Shown in pieces: positions 24,801 to 37,481 of a stretch of DNA of 64,000 bases. The notes beneath the pieces were generated by a model that searched no databases, was not told where the DNA came from, and saw only the letters and a program-made list of their open reading frames with translations. Position numbers and translations under genes: made by a program. Every line of letters begins with the position of its first letter. Position 1 is the stretch's first letter. Origin of the DNA: Dimorphilus gyrociliatus (Eukaryota; Animalia; Annelida); NCBI GenBank assembly GCA_904063045.1, contig CAJFCJ010000001.1, positions 1,054,001 through 1,118,000 on the forward strand, read 5' to 3'.

Positions 24801-25382
24801 ATGGGAATATTTAGCAAACTTGCCGAATGGCTAGGTGTCAAGAGAAAAGAATGCAACATAGTTGTAGTAGGCTTAGATAATAGTGGAAAGACCACTATTC
24901 TGAACAAATTGAAGCCGGATGATTCACAGACTTCTGATATTGTACCAACTATCGGTTTCAATGTGGAGAATTTTTCATCCAAATCACTACAATTCAATGC
25001 CTTTGATATGTCAGGCCAAGGCCGTTATCGTAACTTATGGGAACATTATTATAAAGATTGTCAGGGTGTGATATTTGTAATTGACAGCGCTGATAAATTA
25101 CGAATGCCCGTAGCAAAGGACGAATTGGACCAGCTGATTCAACATCCAGATTTAGTTTCAAAAAGAGTACCAGTTTTATTTTTTGCAAATAAAATGGATC
25201 ATAGGGACGCATTATCTAGTGTCAAATGCTCGACACTGCTGAAGTTGGATGAAATAAGCAACAAACCATGGCATATTTGCGCAAGTAATGCGATAACAGG
25301 AGAAGGTCTTGATGAGGGTGTAAACTGGCTTTCAGATCAAATAAAGTCATACCTAAGAGATCTCGAAAGAAGAAGAAGATAA
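24801..25382 (+). CDS. ARL6: ADP-ribosylation factor-like 6 (BBS3), intronless
   Basis: MGIF myristoylation start, [60 protein letters not shown]. Confidence 0.96.
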   Translation: MGIFSKLAEWLGVKRKECNIVVVGLDNSGKTTILNKLKPDDSQTSDIVPTIGFNVENFSSKSLQFNAFDMSGQGRYRNLWEHYYKDCQGVIFVIDSADKLRMPVAKDELDQLIQHPDLVSKRVPVLFFANKMDHRDALSSVKCSTLLKLDEISNKPWHICASNAITGEGLDEGVNWLSDQIKSYLRDLERRRR

Positions 25383-28088
25383 GAAATTTGATCTCAAAAA
25401 TCAGATTCTAAATTGACATAATATGTTCTGTTTTTTTTTCGTCTTTATTGTCTGTGATAATAATTAAACCATTAATTAATTAATTTGTCAAAATTATAAA
25501 CGAAACTTTTCAATGATTGATTGATTATGTTCAACATAAATTTCAATCGAAAAACAATGTATCTGTCTTTGCCGTGGAGTCACAGCTCTAACTAGGAAAA
25601 CTATACAATAAAGTGTAAGACATTTAATAAATTTAAACCAAAAATTCGAATATATTGTTTGTCAGTTAACAAAATATATGAATTATGATATTCTTGAAAA
25701 ATTTTACCTTAAAAAGTTTCATATTGTTAATGTTTCAAAGGAGGATCTTTCTGCTTTAATCATCTTTTTTTCCCACAGTCATTCATTTGCATTGAGAGAA
25801 GATCTTATACCATGTCCTCTTTATTAAAATAATTTGGTTTTAAACCTTTAATTAATCAATAGTAGCTGAAAAAAGGAAATTATAAAGTGAGTGTTCAATA
25901 AAGATCAATTAGAGGGGAAAAGGTAGTGATCAAAGTTTCAATATACAGTAGATGCACAGTATACTAGTAAATCATTAATAATAAAGTTTTTCTATAGAAA
26001 TTACAGAGACAAAACCTTAAAGAATTGTCAGATTTTGTTACCAGTTTTGATGATGTAAAGCATTATTTTTAAGTTTAAAAATCTAATTGAAATTTTAATA
26101 CTTTTGTTGTTCTCATATGTTTTCTATTTTAAATTTTGTATATACTGTCTTGCGCGCCACCTAGTTTTCTCTTATCTTGTATGCTAATTTCACTATGAGC
26201 ACGGCAAAGTACAATAATTACAAGTTATAAGATTTACTTGAGCACTTCTCTTTTGCACAAAATATACTTTGAGTAAGAAAAAAAAACTCCATAAATATCG
26301 GTGATAAATCGCTAATAAAAATGAAATTCTACAGATAAGAAGAGTTAGAGAAGGAAGAAGGTGCGTCTAATTTTATTTTTTTTTTTTGTGTGTGTGTGAA
26401 TTGCTCTTTTTTTTTGGGCGTCAGCATTTTCTGTGTCCGTACTTAACTAGGTATGTATAATGTATTATCTTCAAGGATAAATTTGTATTTAAATATCGAC
26501 CTCTATCAAATACCCTTCGGTCTATTAAGTAAAATGCCTTTTTTTATGTAAACTACGACATTTTGCATCAAACTTGATAATTAAGCTCAACCTTCTAGAA
26601 CAGATCTCTTGATATTATTTAAAATGTGATTAAAACCCAAGTCTCGATAACATTCCAATTATCATTATACTCGCTATTATAAGACATATATAAAGGAATC
26701 TAATTAAAAACTGATCAGAACAGGTTACAGCACCTAAAAAATAATAGAACTTGGAGTAGCTAAGAATTTGATAACAATGTTCCGTATTTTTTCCTATAGC
26801 TATATTAGGATGACTTTCAGAATGAAAGATATCATCCTCTCGCTTCCTTCACTCTTCCACTTCATCCTCTCTCTCTGTCTAGTACAATTTCCCATACTTT
26901 GAATTCTTAAGAGCAGCCAAAAAAAAAATCAACAAAACAGTAAAAAATATACTTAAAGTTTCTAAGAATTATCTAAGATAATGAGCAATTAGAGGTTGTA
27001 TGTATAAGAAAGACAAAATTAGAAATTCTCTAAAGTACAATTTTATATACTAAATATAGAGTAGTCGAATGGAAAAGAACATTTTTAGAAATCGAACATT
27101 TAAAAAAAAAAGAAAAATGGAGGTTAATCTATTTGTCGACAAAAAATATAAAAGATTTTAATTCTAGAATAGTTTATAAAATCACGATCGAGTATCTATT
27201 TAATAATATTTGTTGGGTTTCTAGATGAGAAATATTAGTTTGATTCTAATATTATATATATATATATTTTCTTTTCTTCGGAGCCTTTTCCTTTCTCGGT
27301 CCAATAAACTTCATATCTTAGAAACTAATTGAAAAGGTATTTTATTTAATATTTGACTAATAAAGGTATTTTATTGATGTTTATAAAGTTTTTGTTTCCG
27401 TTTTTATTAAAAAAAACGGTCATAAAAGAAAATGGCTGACTTTTTCTTTAAAATCTAAAATCAAATGTATGTGTAAACAATGATTGCATAATGAATAATA
27501 GCTTTATCAATAGGGAGAAAAAGTAGGAGTGTTTTATAAATCTGTCATATCTTATTGAAATGTTTTGACGTATATCTTATTGCATGCATGATAGCGAGGG
27601 CTAAAATTTGATTAGATTATAGCGCAAGTAGATACTCAATTATATACTTAGCTATTATACAACACGAAAAAACCAAACCATATTAAGAGAAGAATACACC
27701 TAAAACTATGCACTTTTATATGCAGTATACATATATATATATATGTATATAAAATTATGGTGTATATAATACAATAAGAGAACATAACCATGGTAACTAG
27801 AGTTTTTCGAGCAGGTGCAACCTAAATAATATATAGGCCTAACTTTCGGATAAATATACGTCATGTCAATTTCGCAGGAGGTTGAGTCACGTTCATATGA
27901 ATTGTCGACCGGTTTAAATTGAAATTTTGGTCCGTGCTCTTCTTAAGCATAAAAAGAAAGGATAAAAACGTTAGATTTACTCTTATCTTGCACTTAACAA
28001 AATAGGAGAAAGTCTTTCTAAAGAAGCAAAAGAATCCAGGAGGGAGCGGTAAAAAAACTTGAAGACAGAAGAAGTAAAAATAAAAGGA

Positions 28089-29231
28089 ATGCCCTTAAGT
28101 ATGGATCCTATTGAAGTTTTACATCCAAATACACCAGATCTCTCAGAAAATGACAGTAGACCAGAATCTGGAAATTCAGTTTGCAGTTCGAATTTTCAAC
28201 CAGGACTTAATGCAATATCATTGGTAAGTTTTGAAAAAAAAATTAAACTTCTTTAAGTTACTACTTTTATTATCATTTGTTTACGATTGTTTATATATGT
28301 TGCTTGACTCTAAAAGTTTTTTATAAGGTTATCAGTAAATAAAGAGATTGCTATCGTCTCGTTGCAGTGTTTGCTAATCGTATTGTTTTAGGATTGCTGT
28401 TGAGTGTACTTATCGACGTAGGTTTACCTGATAAGTCACGTAGTATTACTTTAAATTATTTAAAAATGTCAATTTGTTTGGAAGATAGAAAAAACTTCAA
28501 AGGTACTTCAAAAAGCATCTCATCAACATAATTTTTTATGATTAAATTAATTAATAGAAATTAATAAAATATATGTGCTGACGTTAGATGAAAATAGACA
28601 AGTTTAGATATATATATATATATATATATATACAGTATATATATATTTTAGCCATGTGTTTATATGTAGCCAAAATATGTGTATTGACATATAATTCTTT
28701 TATTTATTATTAAGGATATGGATAAAACTTCCAAAAATAAAAAGAAGCGCGTTTGGCAAACGTTAAAGAATAAAGGAAAAAGCGTAAGTAGTACTTATTC
28801 GATTAGTTAAGGGATACCGATTTTAAATTCCTTTTATCTATTATCAAAGACCAAAAGAAACTATAAAGGAGCACTTATTGTACTCATTTTCATAAACTTT
28901 ATCATAATTACAAAATTCTTTGTAATCTGCTATATTTTTTTAAAAAAAAGCAAAGGAGACAATGAGAGATTTGAAAACTTTTTCATTTATTTATATTTAT
29001 ATACAGCTGCAGTCTGCAAAAGATTTCCTCAAAGACAAGATTAAATTAAAAAGAAATAAGAATCGTGTCCAGGAAATTTCAATACAACAGGAGGATGACA
29101 ATGATAAATGGTCAACGAGAGTTATTCGTCGACCAAAATCTGAACCAAATTTCTTTTCTTCGCGATCTCAGCCTGGAAAACTTAAGAAGGAAGATTCACT
29201 TTACGTTTGTGACATTGACGAGAATGAATGA
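28089..29231 (+). CDS. Uncharacterised basic, disordered protein of about 142 aa; exons 28089-28223, 28715-28783, 29007-29231
   Basis: Three coding-like segments with GTAAG donors and AG acceptors, all in phase 0. No family recognised; further upstream exons are possible. Confidence 0.5.
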
Positions 29232-29978
29232 CAATTCCAAATTTAGAAAAAATTTAATTAGCAGTTCTTCCCTTTCAAAAGAAGGGAATATCGAAAATTT
29301 TTGCTATTTAAGCATTTTATATATACAGTATATATAAATATATATTTTTACAAAATAGTTAAAATACGGCGATGTTATTTAATAAATAGGAAAAATAAGT
29401 TCGTTTTGTTTGATTAAAAAATAAAAGATAATTATATTACTTTTAGTGATTAGATATAGAATTAGGATAACTGTATGAATCATACAGTAATCCAGATGGC
29501 GTTGGTTGTTTATCCTATTCGAACCTATCGCATCTTGTTAAAAAAAAAAGAAAAATCGAAAATGAACTAATAAAAAAGATGAAAAACAAACCGAAATTTT
29601 CCTAGAAAACCAGACTTTCTCATGAGTTATAACGAAAGAAAAAAAAACCTTTTACATATTCAAAGAGCACAAAAAGATAAAAGTATGGGATGATTTATTT
29701 GTGATATTCCACCAAGTATACTATATACATATTATATATATATATAGTATATATATAAAGTACAAATAGAAAAACTTAAAACATCAATAATAAAGATTAA
29801 GGCCTTTTATATGTTTACAGCAAAAAAAAAAATATACGTAAAAGATAAATGTATCTTTTTTTAAAATTAATATTGCCAATACAATATGTTCCTTGTTATT
29901 TGTAAACTTAGTTTGTTTAACATTCCTTTCCCACAAAATTACTAAATGAAGCAGTTATTTTTATATATGAGAATATAT

Positions 29979-29986
<8 letters not shown>

Positions 29987-30020
<34 letters not shown>
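29987..30020. repeat. (AT)n microsatellite, one of many in the window
   Basis: Read directly from the sequence. Confidence 0.95.
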
Positions 30021-30028
<8 letters not shown>

Positions 30029-30145
30029 TTCTTTTTGCTTTTCGTCAAGCTAAATATGTTGATATTGACTTCTGTGAAGATTGGAGTAATATGAAAAAGC
30101 AGAAGAGAATTTTGGAGTGTAAAATTTTTAAACAATAAATTAAAC

Positions 30146-30694
30146 TTACTTTCTTAATCTGCTAATGATAACAAATGCTGCGGCAATAACTAAAATACCA
30201 ATTATTCCGAATAGAAACCCAAGTGCTACTCCAGTACTTCCACCTTTATTTTTTGGCTCTTCCTGCGTGGTATTTGTTGGAGCTGTTGTAACGTTTAATT
30301 TATGAGTGGGACCCACTGTAGTTATAGGTGGTTTCAAAGTAGATTTCTTAGTTGTTTGTGCCATTGTTGTTATATTCACACCTTTGGTAGTTTGTTTAGT
30401 TGATTCCTTGTTAGTCGTGTCCCCTGTGGGTTGTTTTGTTGTAGGCTTTTCAGTTGAAATGGCATGTTGGGTAGTTTTGGCCAATGTAGTACCTTTAGTG
30501 GTATGAACAGAACTATGGCTTCCTGTAATTTCAGCTTTAATCGTTGTATGTTTTATTGTAGTGATAGCAGGGGTTTTACTTGTCATATCACTAAAAACAA
30601 AGTGACCACAGAGAGCTGCGTAAAGAAAAATATTAATCCTAACTTCATCTAAAGTAAGTAATAAATAAGTACCGATAATAATGAATCCAAGCAT
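30146..30694 (-). CDS. Mucin-like Thr-rich type I membrane protein (porimin/CD164-like architecture)
   Basis: Removing a 57-nt in-frame intron gives the signal peptide MLGFIIIALCGHFVFS. This is followed by a T/K/P-rich stalk, a TM helix (GVALGFLFGIIGILVIAAAFVII) and a short SRLRK tail. Confidence 0.75.
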   Translation of the reverse strand: MLGFIIIGTYLLLTLDEVRINIFLYAALCGHFVFSDMTSKTPAITTIKHTTIKAEITGSHSSVHTTKGTTLAKTTQHAISTEKPTTKQPTGDTTNKESTKQTTKGVNITTMAQTTKKSTLKPPITTVGPTHKLNVTTAPTNTTQEEPKNKGGSTGVALGFLFGIIGILVIAAAFVIISRLRK

Positions 30695-30887
30695 GATCGT
30701 TTTATTCGCTTAACTGTGACCGAGACTGAGACTAGATGAGACTGTTTTAAATATATATATAATTTAGAATATTGATAAATGACGGACATCTGCTGGCTAT
30801 GCGTCATTGAGCGAAGAGAAAAAAAATGCTTGTAATCGATGTTTTGTAGTGTTTTAGAAATATTTTATTAGCTTTAAACATATTTTA

Positions 30888-31466
30888 TTAATTATTTCTT
30901 ATTCTTTCTTCTTTCAAATAATCAACCCATGTTTTGACAGTTTCGGTTTTGAACTTTCCTTCGACCGAATTAAAAAAGTCTTGTAGTCGGCCAGGTTTAT
31001 TTTCTGCCTCTTCGTATTCAAACGCTTGCATTATCATATCAAATTTATCTAGATCTTTTACAAATTGTGCTTCTTTAGTTAATTGCTTCTCATACTCATT
31101 CCAAAGATCAAGCAACTCATTTCCAACTGTATTGGAAACTAATTTGGCTATATTTTCCATGGCTTCCTTTTCTCGCCTATGCTTTTCTTCGACTGTGATA
31201 CCTTCAAAAGGAGTAATATCACCTACGATTGATTCTGCTAAATCATGAACCAGGGCGAGTTTGATGCACTGGTCTCGGGACACGTGGTCCCGCTTTTCGT
31301 CAATTATGAAACTAAGCATAGCCATACGGTACATATGACCTGAAACAGTCTCGGGGTCTTTAACCCCTGCATTGACCCATCCTGTTCTCTTTAACGACTT
31401 TAATCGGCCTACAACGCGTATAAATTCGAATAATTTTTTCATTTCCGCCATTGCGGAAGTGGCCAT
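30888..31466 (-). CDS. HDDC2: HD domain-containing protein 2 (5'-deoxynucleotidase), intronless
   Basis: LKSLKRTGWV, ETVSGHMYRMA, LALVHDLAESIVGDITP, EAQFVKDLDKFDMIMQAFEYE. Confidence 0.95.
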   Translation of the reverse strand: MATSAMAEMKKLFEFIRVVGRLKSLKRTGWVNAGVKDPETVSGHMYRMAMLSFIIDEKRDHVSRDQCIKLALVHDLAESIVGDITPFEGITVEEKHRREKEAMENIAKLVSNTVGNELLDLWNEYEKQLTKEAQFVKDLDKFDMIMQAFEYEEAENKPGRLQDFFNSVEGKFKTETVKTWVDYLKEERIRNN

Positions 31467-32123
31467 TTGTAGCTTTCGTAGTCAGAGAAATAGGATTTAT
31501 TTTAATAAAGAATTTATTCTTAAATTTTTATAAAATTTTATTAAACAAGTTTTTATATTTTGTTGAATATTACTTAATTTTTTTCTCCATTATTTTGCAG
31601 ATATATATTGTGTTCAACAGAGGGCGCTCTCATTGGATGCAATCAACTGGAAAAACAAGAAAAAAACTCCGTGGAAACTTTTTTGTAACTCTTGACATCT
31701 AATCTCAACCAGTAAGTTATTACGATATAGAATTAGGCAACTTCGTAGTTGTTGAACTTTTCGATTGGTGAATTTTTAAGAGGCATATTGTATATTTTAT
31801 CTAACTATCACTTGGGCAAGGCGCGTTTATATGTCTGCATGAAAATTGGTTAGTATAATTTTGGCAAAGGCCATGCATGCCTTTCCTTTGCGGCAGTCCT
31901 GTTAAAGCTATAATCTTTATTAAAGCATGTTTAGACTTCAAGGTGACTTGTCATTCTAAAGTTCATTGAGTTTTCTTAGTTTATTGCTGAATATTTGTTA
32001 TATACATAACAATATATATTATATATATATATAGATATATATATACATATATCTGACTCTATTGGATTAAAATGTTTTTATTAACGAAATTTTGCTTATA
32101 AATATCACTTATCAAACAGAAAA

Positions 32124-35100
32124 ATGACAGATATTGAAAGTGATGTTGGTAAGTTTCTGTCAATTATTCTATTTTTTAAGTATTTTGTTTCACGAATGTT
32201 GACAAGGATACGTTTTCAAGCCATTGATAAAATTAAAGATAACTAGAATTATTGACATACTATTAAACTTGTAGGCCTATTTTCGTATATATCGTATATT
32301 TCATGACTGCGTAACATTCGTTGAGTGGAGGAAGTCGTTTTTATAATCAATAAAAAAAAGTACTGTAGTCATGACCGATTAAACTTTAAACAAAACACCT
32401 GACGCCTTTTCTCCAGATCCAAATGAAACGGAATCCGTGGAGACCTATAGAACTCGTTTAAACGATGTTCTTAAAAAGAAGGATCTAGCCGGTAGTTATT
32501 TTCATATTAAGAACAATTTACGCATGGCTTTTTCTATCTTCCAGTCTTTGTGACAGACGAACAACTCTGTTTAATTATCTCTTTGCAGCTAAACTGCGAA
32601 GAACAAACAACAAAGGTTACTAATTGTACTCCATTCAAACAGATCTGGAAATGAGTGGATCTATAGTGACAAATAATGGAGACAACGTGCAAACTATGTC
32701 AACTGACTACGATTACTTAATCAAATTCCTCGCTCTAGGTAAGTGTATCATTTAAAAAAGTGCTTAGACAAATTATTTTTTGTATAAATGGTTAATATAA
32801 TCCAGTCTGCAAGCTTTAAGATTCAACAGAAACCTTTTTATGTTTAGTAAGTAAAGAAAGAATTGATAGGAGGTGTACTCTGATGATAGAGCGACAAGTA
32901 TATGTTTTCCACTCGGTTCTCTTTGCTGTCATAACCAATAGCGAGAGCTTAATTATCTATAGTTTCTAAATTTTGCGCTTGTTATTATATTTTTATACAG
33001 CGCCACCTCGATAAATCATCCACATCTAGATAAGCGACAATGTATAGGACTAATATAGATAAATTGATGTAATCTAATTAGCGAAACTCCCATATTTAAT
33101 TGTTTTTCATGAGCAGCAGGAGTTGGATGTATACTAGCTTGGATCATAATAAAGCTAATAGGAAAATATACTGTATATACTGTATATACTGTATATATAA
33201 TGAAAATGTTTATACTTATCGCTTCTGTTATGTTTATATAATACTGCGTTTATTGTTATTGTTACATTTTTAAGCATAAATTATAATTATAAAGTGTTAT
33301 AATTGATGTAAAATATGAAAATTGATAGGTGATTCCGGTGTCGGAAAATCCCATATGATACATAGTTTCGTCAATGAATCTTTCCACAACGAATCAACGC
33401 TAGGTGTTGATTTTAAAGTGAAGACTATTCGATTTAAAACCGGGGCAGGCTCTGAATATAATATACGTCTTCAAATATGGGATACGTGCGGTCAGGAAAG
33501 ATTCCATAGCATTTGCAAATGTAAGAAGAAATAGAATTTATACAGTGTTTTTTCTTTTTTTGAGACACTCCCTTTACCAAAAGAGAGCCTTTAGTTCTTG
33601 TTTTTAAGGCAAAAGAGTTTGGTAAAGATGGGGTTTCTCAGAAAACACTTGTATTCTAATTTTGCGATAGAATTCTGGGATTTCTTTAAATTTTTTGTTT
33701 CGTATAGCGTTTTATCGCGATGCAATGGCTTTCCTTGTCGTCTTTGATTTGACAAACAAAAAGACGCTCAAAAATGTCGAGTGGTGGCTGAAGGAGGTGA
33801 AACGTAACGCTTATTCTACAACACCTGATTTGGTTTTATGCGGTAATAAGAGTGACGATTTAAGAAGAGATGTTAAGGACAGTGAAATTGAACAGATCGT
33901 CAGCGCTTTCGGGTAGATTTTTGAGATGACCGTTACAACTTTTCCTTTTCTATTTCCAAGAGAGTCGGCTCCCAATCTCGTATTTGTCATAATCCTATGT
34001 AAATCTTTTTATAATGAAATATTACGAAATTCTATATATTTCTTTTATGTAAATAGTTTAAAGAAATTTATCCTTTTCTGCAAGAAAACCGTACCTCTAG
34101 AATCCCAAAGGCTTAATCTTATAGTATTTACTTCCAAGATTCAGGTCAACAAGCCTAACAGTGGAGTCCATTTAAGAAACTTTGCTACAATTATCGCGAT
34201 AGCCAAGATGACATTGCTCGTTCTCTCCCAAACTAATACCTTCCGAATTACTAATTACTGTAGTGCATCTCCAAATGCCCCAAGCTAATACTCAGGCAAA
34301 AGTTTTATATATTAGCTGACTTTCTTGGAGAAGAAGAGGAAACTGAGGGAAATATATATTATTCTATTACAATTATCGTAAAACTATTCCCTCCTTATTA
34401 ATTAGAGAAATTACATTCAAGAACTAAAGACAACATCTAAACATTTTTGCAGTTTAAATTACGTAGAAACATCTGCGTTAACGGGTGATAATGTTGATAA
34501 AGTCTTCCATTTCTTGCTCAATAATGTTTTAAAAGTGAGTGCGCCATAAATTTGCGGGAGGGAGAGAGAGAGAGAGAAAAAAAAAAACAAAAAAAAAAGA
34601 AACATCCATCAATTTTTGCAGAAAATCGAACTTCATTCAGAACAACCGGGACCTCCACGTAGATATTGCAGTCAAATAGCTTTAGTACCGAAGTCTGATA
34701 AAGCCAAATGCGCTTGTTGAATTATATACGCTTTTAATTGCTTTAAAATCACATATATTTAGTCATTATTTAGTCGTTTTTGCTGAATTTTTTTTATACC
34801 TGATAAACATTTTAAAACTATTTATAGATATTAATAATTATCCCAATATATTTTTAATAAATTACTTATGAGCCGAAAAATATATTTTTCATAATTCTAT
34901 CAGTTTCCTCTTTGTTTTCTTCAATACAGCTTGTTTTTTTTTTCTTCTTCTTCTTCTTCCTTTCAATTCTGATTGAAATATTTTTGTTTTTTGTTGGTCA
35001 TTCTTTTTATAACTTAAGAAGGAAAGTGTTAAAGCATATTGTGCATATTAAAAACATACTATTATTTATTATTATTGTATTTTTTTACTTGTTTTTATTC

Positions 35101-36179
35101 ATATTTGTAATAATAATAATATTTATATTTTCTATCATAATTGAAATGTCTTACAGGTGATTCGGGAGTTGGTAAAACAAGTTTGCTCTTTCAATATACC
35201 GATAGTAAATTTAATAGTAAATTTATAACAACTGTCGGAATTGACTTTAAAGAAAAAAGAGTTGTTCATCGGGCCAATTTACCGGATGGATCATTAGCAC
35301 CTACTTCTCATAAAATTCATTTACAATTGTGGGATACGGCTGGACAAGAAAGATTTAGAAGTTTAACTACAGGTTGTTTGTTCATTGTGAATTTGTCAGC
35401 TAGTTGGGAAAACTAGTAAACCTATTATTATCTATTTTTCAATTTATATATATTCAATAGATTGTATTGACCATGTAGATAATGGCAAACGGGAAATAAT
35501 TATCTGAAAAAAATAGATTATCAATAATTTAACCGGTAGTTTTTCCTCCCAACAGCTTTCTTTCGTGATGCAATGGGTTTTCTATTAGTGTTTGATTTAA
35601 CAAATGAATCGAGCTTTCGCAACGTTGGTGATTGGTTAACCCAACTGCAAACTCACGCATATTGTGATAATCCGGATGTAGTACTTTGCGGTAACAAATG
35701 CGATTTGGACGAGAATATTAGAGCTGTGTCTCAAAAGGAAATAAGAGAATTTACAGATCGTTATGGGTATAAACACTTTTTCTCTTCTTTTCACATTGGC
35801 TTATGCCATAAAAAAGGATAAAGCATATAGATTGTTAAAATAAATGTAAAAATAAAAAAAAACCACTTTCATTGCCAAATACGAAATAACGTTAAGTTTA
35901 CTTTCCTTTTTTTAACAGATTGTCCTACTTTGAAACATCCGCTAAAACTGGTGAAAACGTTTCACAGGCTGTTGAATGTTTACTTGACAAAATAATGCTT
36001 GTTAGTAAATTAAATATTGATAAATTTAGATAAGCTAATATATTATATATTTATTATTATTATTATTATTAAAGCGAATGGAAAAGGCTTTGGATAAAAA
36101 TAATTTTCCAGCTTTGGCTAGAGGTGGAGCTAAAATAACTGAAAAAGAAACAGCACAAAAAAAGGATTGCGCCTGCTAA
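32124..36179 (+). CDS. RAB27: Rab27, canonical isoform: 5' exons 32124-32148, 32417-32491, 32643-32738 joined to the distal cassette 35157-35372, 35556-35766, 35919-36000, 36075-36179
   Basis: [12 protein letters not shown]|[94 protein letters not shown]-terminal CAC. Confidence 0.92.
33167..33195. mobile_element. Triple tandem TATACTGTATA, a putative Tc1/mariner-type excision footprint array (representative of 11 sites)
   Basis: TA-CTG-TA inside a TA repeat. The same 11-mer occurs at 28629, 29322, 47962, 49990, 60154, 60260, 60328 and 62442. Confidence 0.5.
33329..34720 (+). CDS. Divergent Rab27-like proximal cassette (exons 33329-33520, 33708-33912, 34453-34534, 34622-34720) with no first exon of its own
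   Basis: [45 protein letters not shown] and a C-terminal CAC. The frame is open across four exons, with the same intron positions and phases as the distal cassette. Confidence 0.82.
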
Positions 36180-37481
36180 AGTTATGGAGAAAAATAAAAA
36201 TTCATCTAGAAAAAGAAACTATAAAAAAAAACAAAAAAAGGCTAAAATAAAAGTAAAAAGAAGGAAGTTTTAACAAATAATTAATCTTATATATCAGTTT
36301 TAAATTCAATTAACGACATTAAGGAAAGACATACAACATACGGTATATATTCTGTATATATACTGTATGTGTTTCAAATGAACTTTTCAAGCTTAACTAT
36401 CCTTCATCAACTAAGAAACAAAACTAAAACCTGCTTTAAAAAAACTATGTCTTCAATGTCTTTTTTTTAAACAAAGAATTCTTTATACGACATTCCTAAT
36501 CAATTTTATTTTTTATATCATCTTTCTTATTAGGTCATAATGTTTTTTTATGGAATCTCTAACCAATGTCTTGTTTTTCTTTCTTTCTTTCTTTTAAGGG
36601 TTAAATAGCGTTTATACATAATATAGGTTGTGTTTTATATTAATATATATATATATTCGTTGACTATGATAAAGTTTTTAGCAAGTTGCTTCTATATTTG
36701 TATGACTAGAGCGTACAACTGTCTTCCCCGTTCAAATTTTCCTCTCTTATAGCTATGACGATTGTTATATTTAGTTGTTTTTCTTTTTTTGGTTTGAAAT
36801 TTAATTGTGTTGATGAGAAGAAAGAACACATTTGTGCAATATAGGGAAACTTGTTGTAAACATTGCTTCTACATATATATACTAATATATTCTTTTCTTG
36901 CCATAAACTAACAGATTAAACAACTATGTTAAATCATCTGAAACCATTAATATTTTCTTGTTTATTCTGGGAAAATGATATTGAAATTAACAAATTGTAT
37001 AACAATGATAATGATAATAATATGCTTATATAAGAATAAACTAATTGTTAAGTATACAATATAAGTATACTATATTCGTATTATAAATATTGATATAGAA
37101 GATATACGAAAAAGATGGAAACGTCTTATTCTGTATGAAACGAACGCGACCTAAATGATAATACCGTTGAAAATATGGTATTAGTATACAATATTCTTTA
37201 GACCTATAAAGTTTCCCGCGTCCTATACTAATATATATGTCTCTATTCTAAATCTTATTACAAATAACATACATCTCCTAACGTCTTTTGTCCTGAATTA
37301 TTAAATTAATTCCTGACATAAAATGCATTAATGATTTGCGACTATTCCATTTTTCACCCTAATTATAATAAATAATCCAATAATTAACATGCTCTATTTT
37401 AGACGTAACGTATATATTATCATATTTTTAAAAAAATATTTGCAGTCTATAATTTAACGATTGTTTAAAATTGATGAGGCA

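Noticed and set aside
33926-34288. 120-aa ORF inside the proximal Rab intron
   Set aside because: No recognisable motif or convincing splice model on either strand.
34912-35160. Hydrophobic ORFs such as 34912-35160, 57942-58178 and 62291-62568
   Set aside because: Translations of T-rich or (AT)n non-coding DNA. Many other short track ORFs are antisense shadows of real exons.
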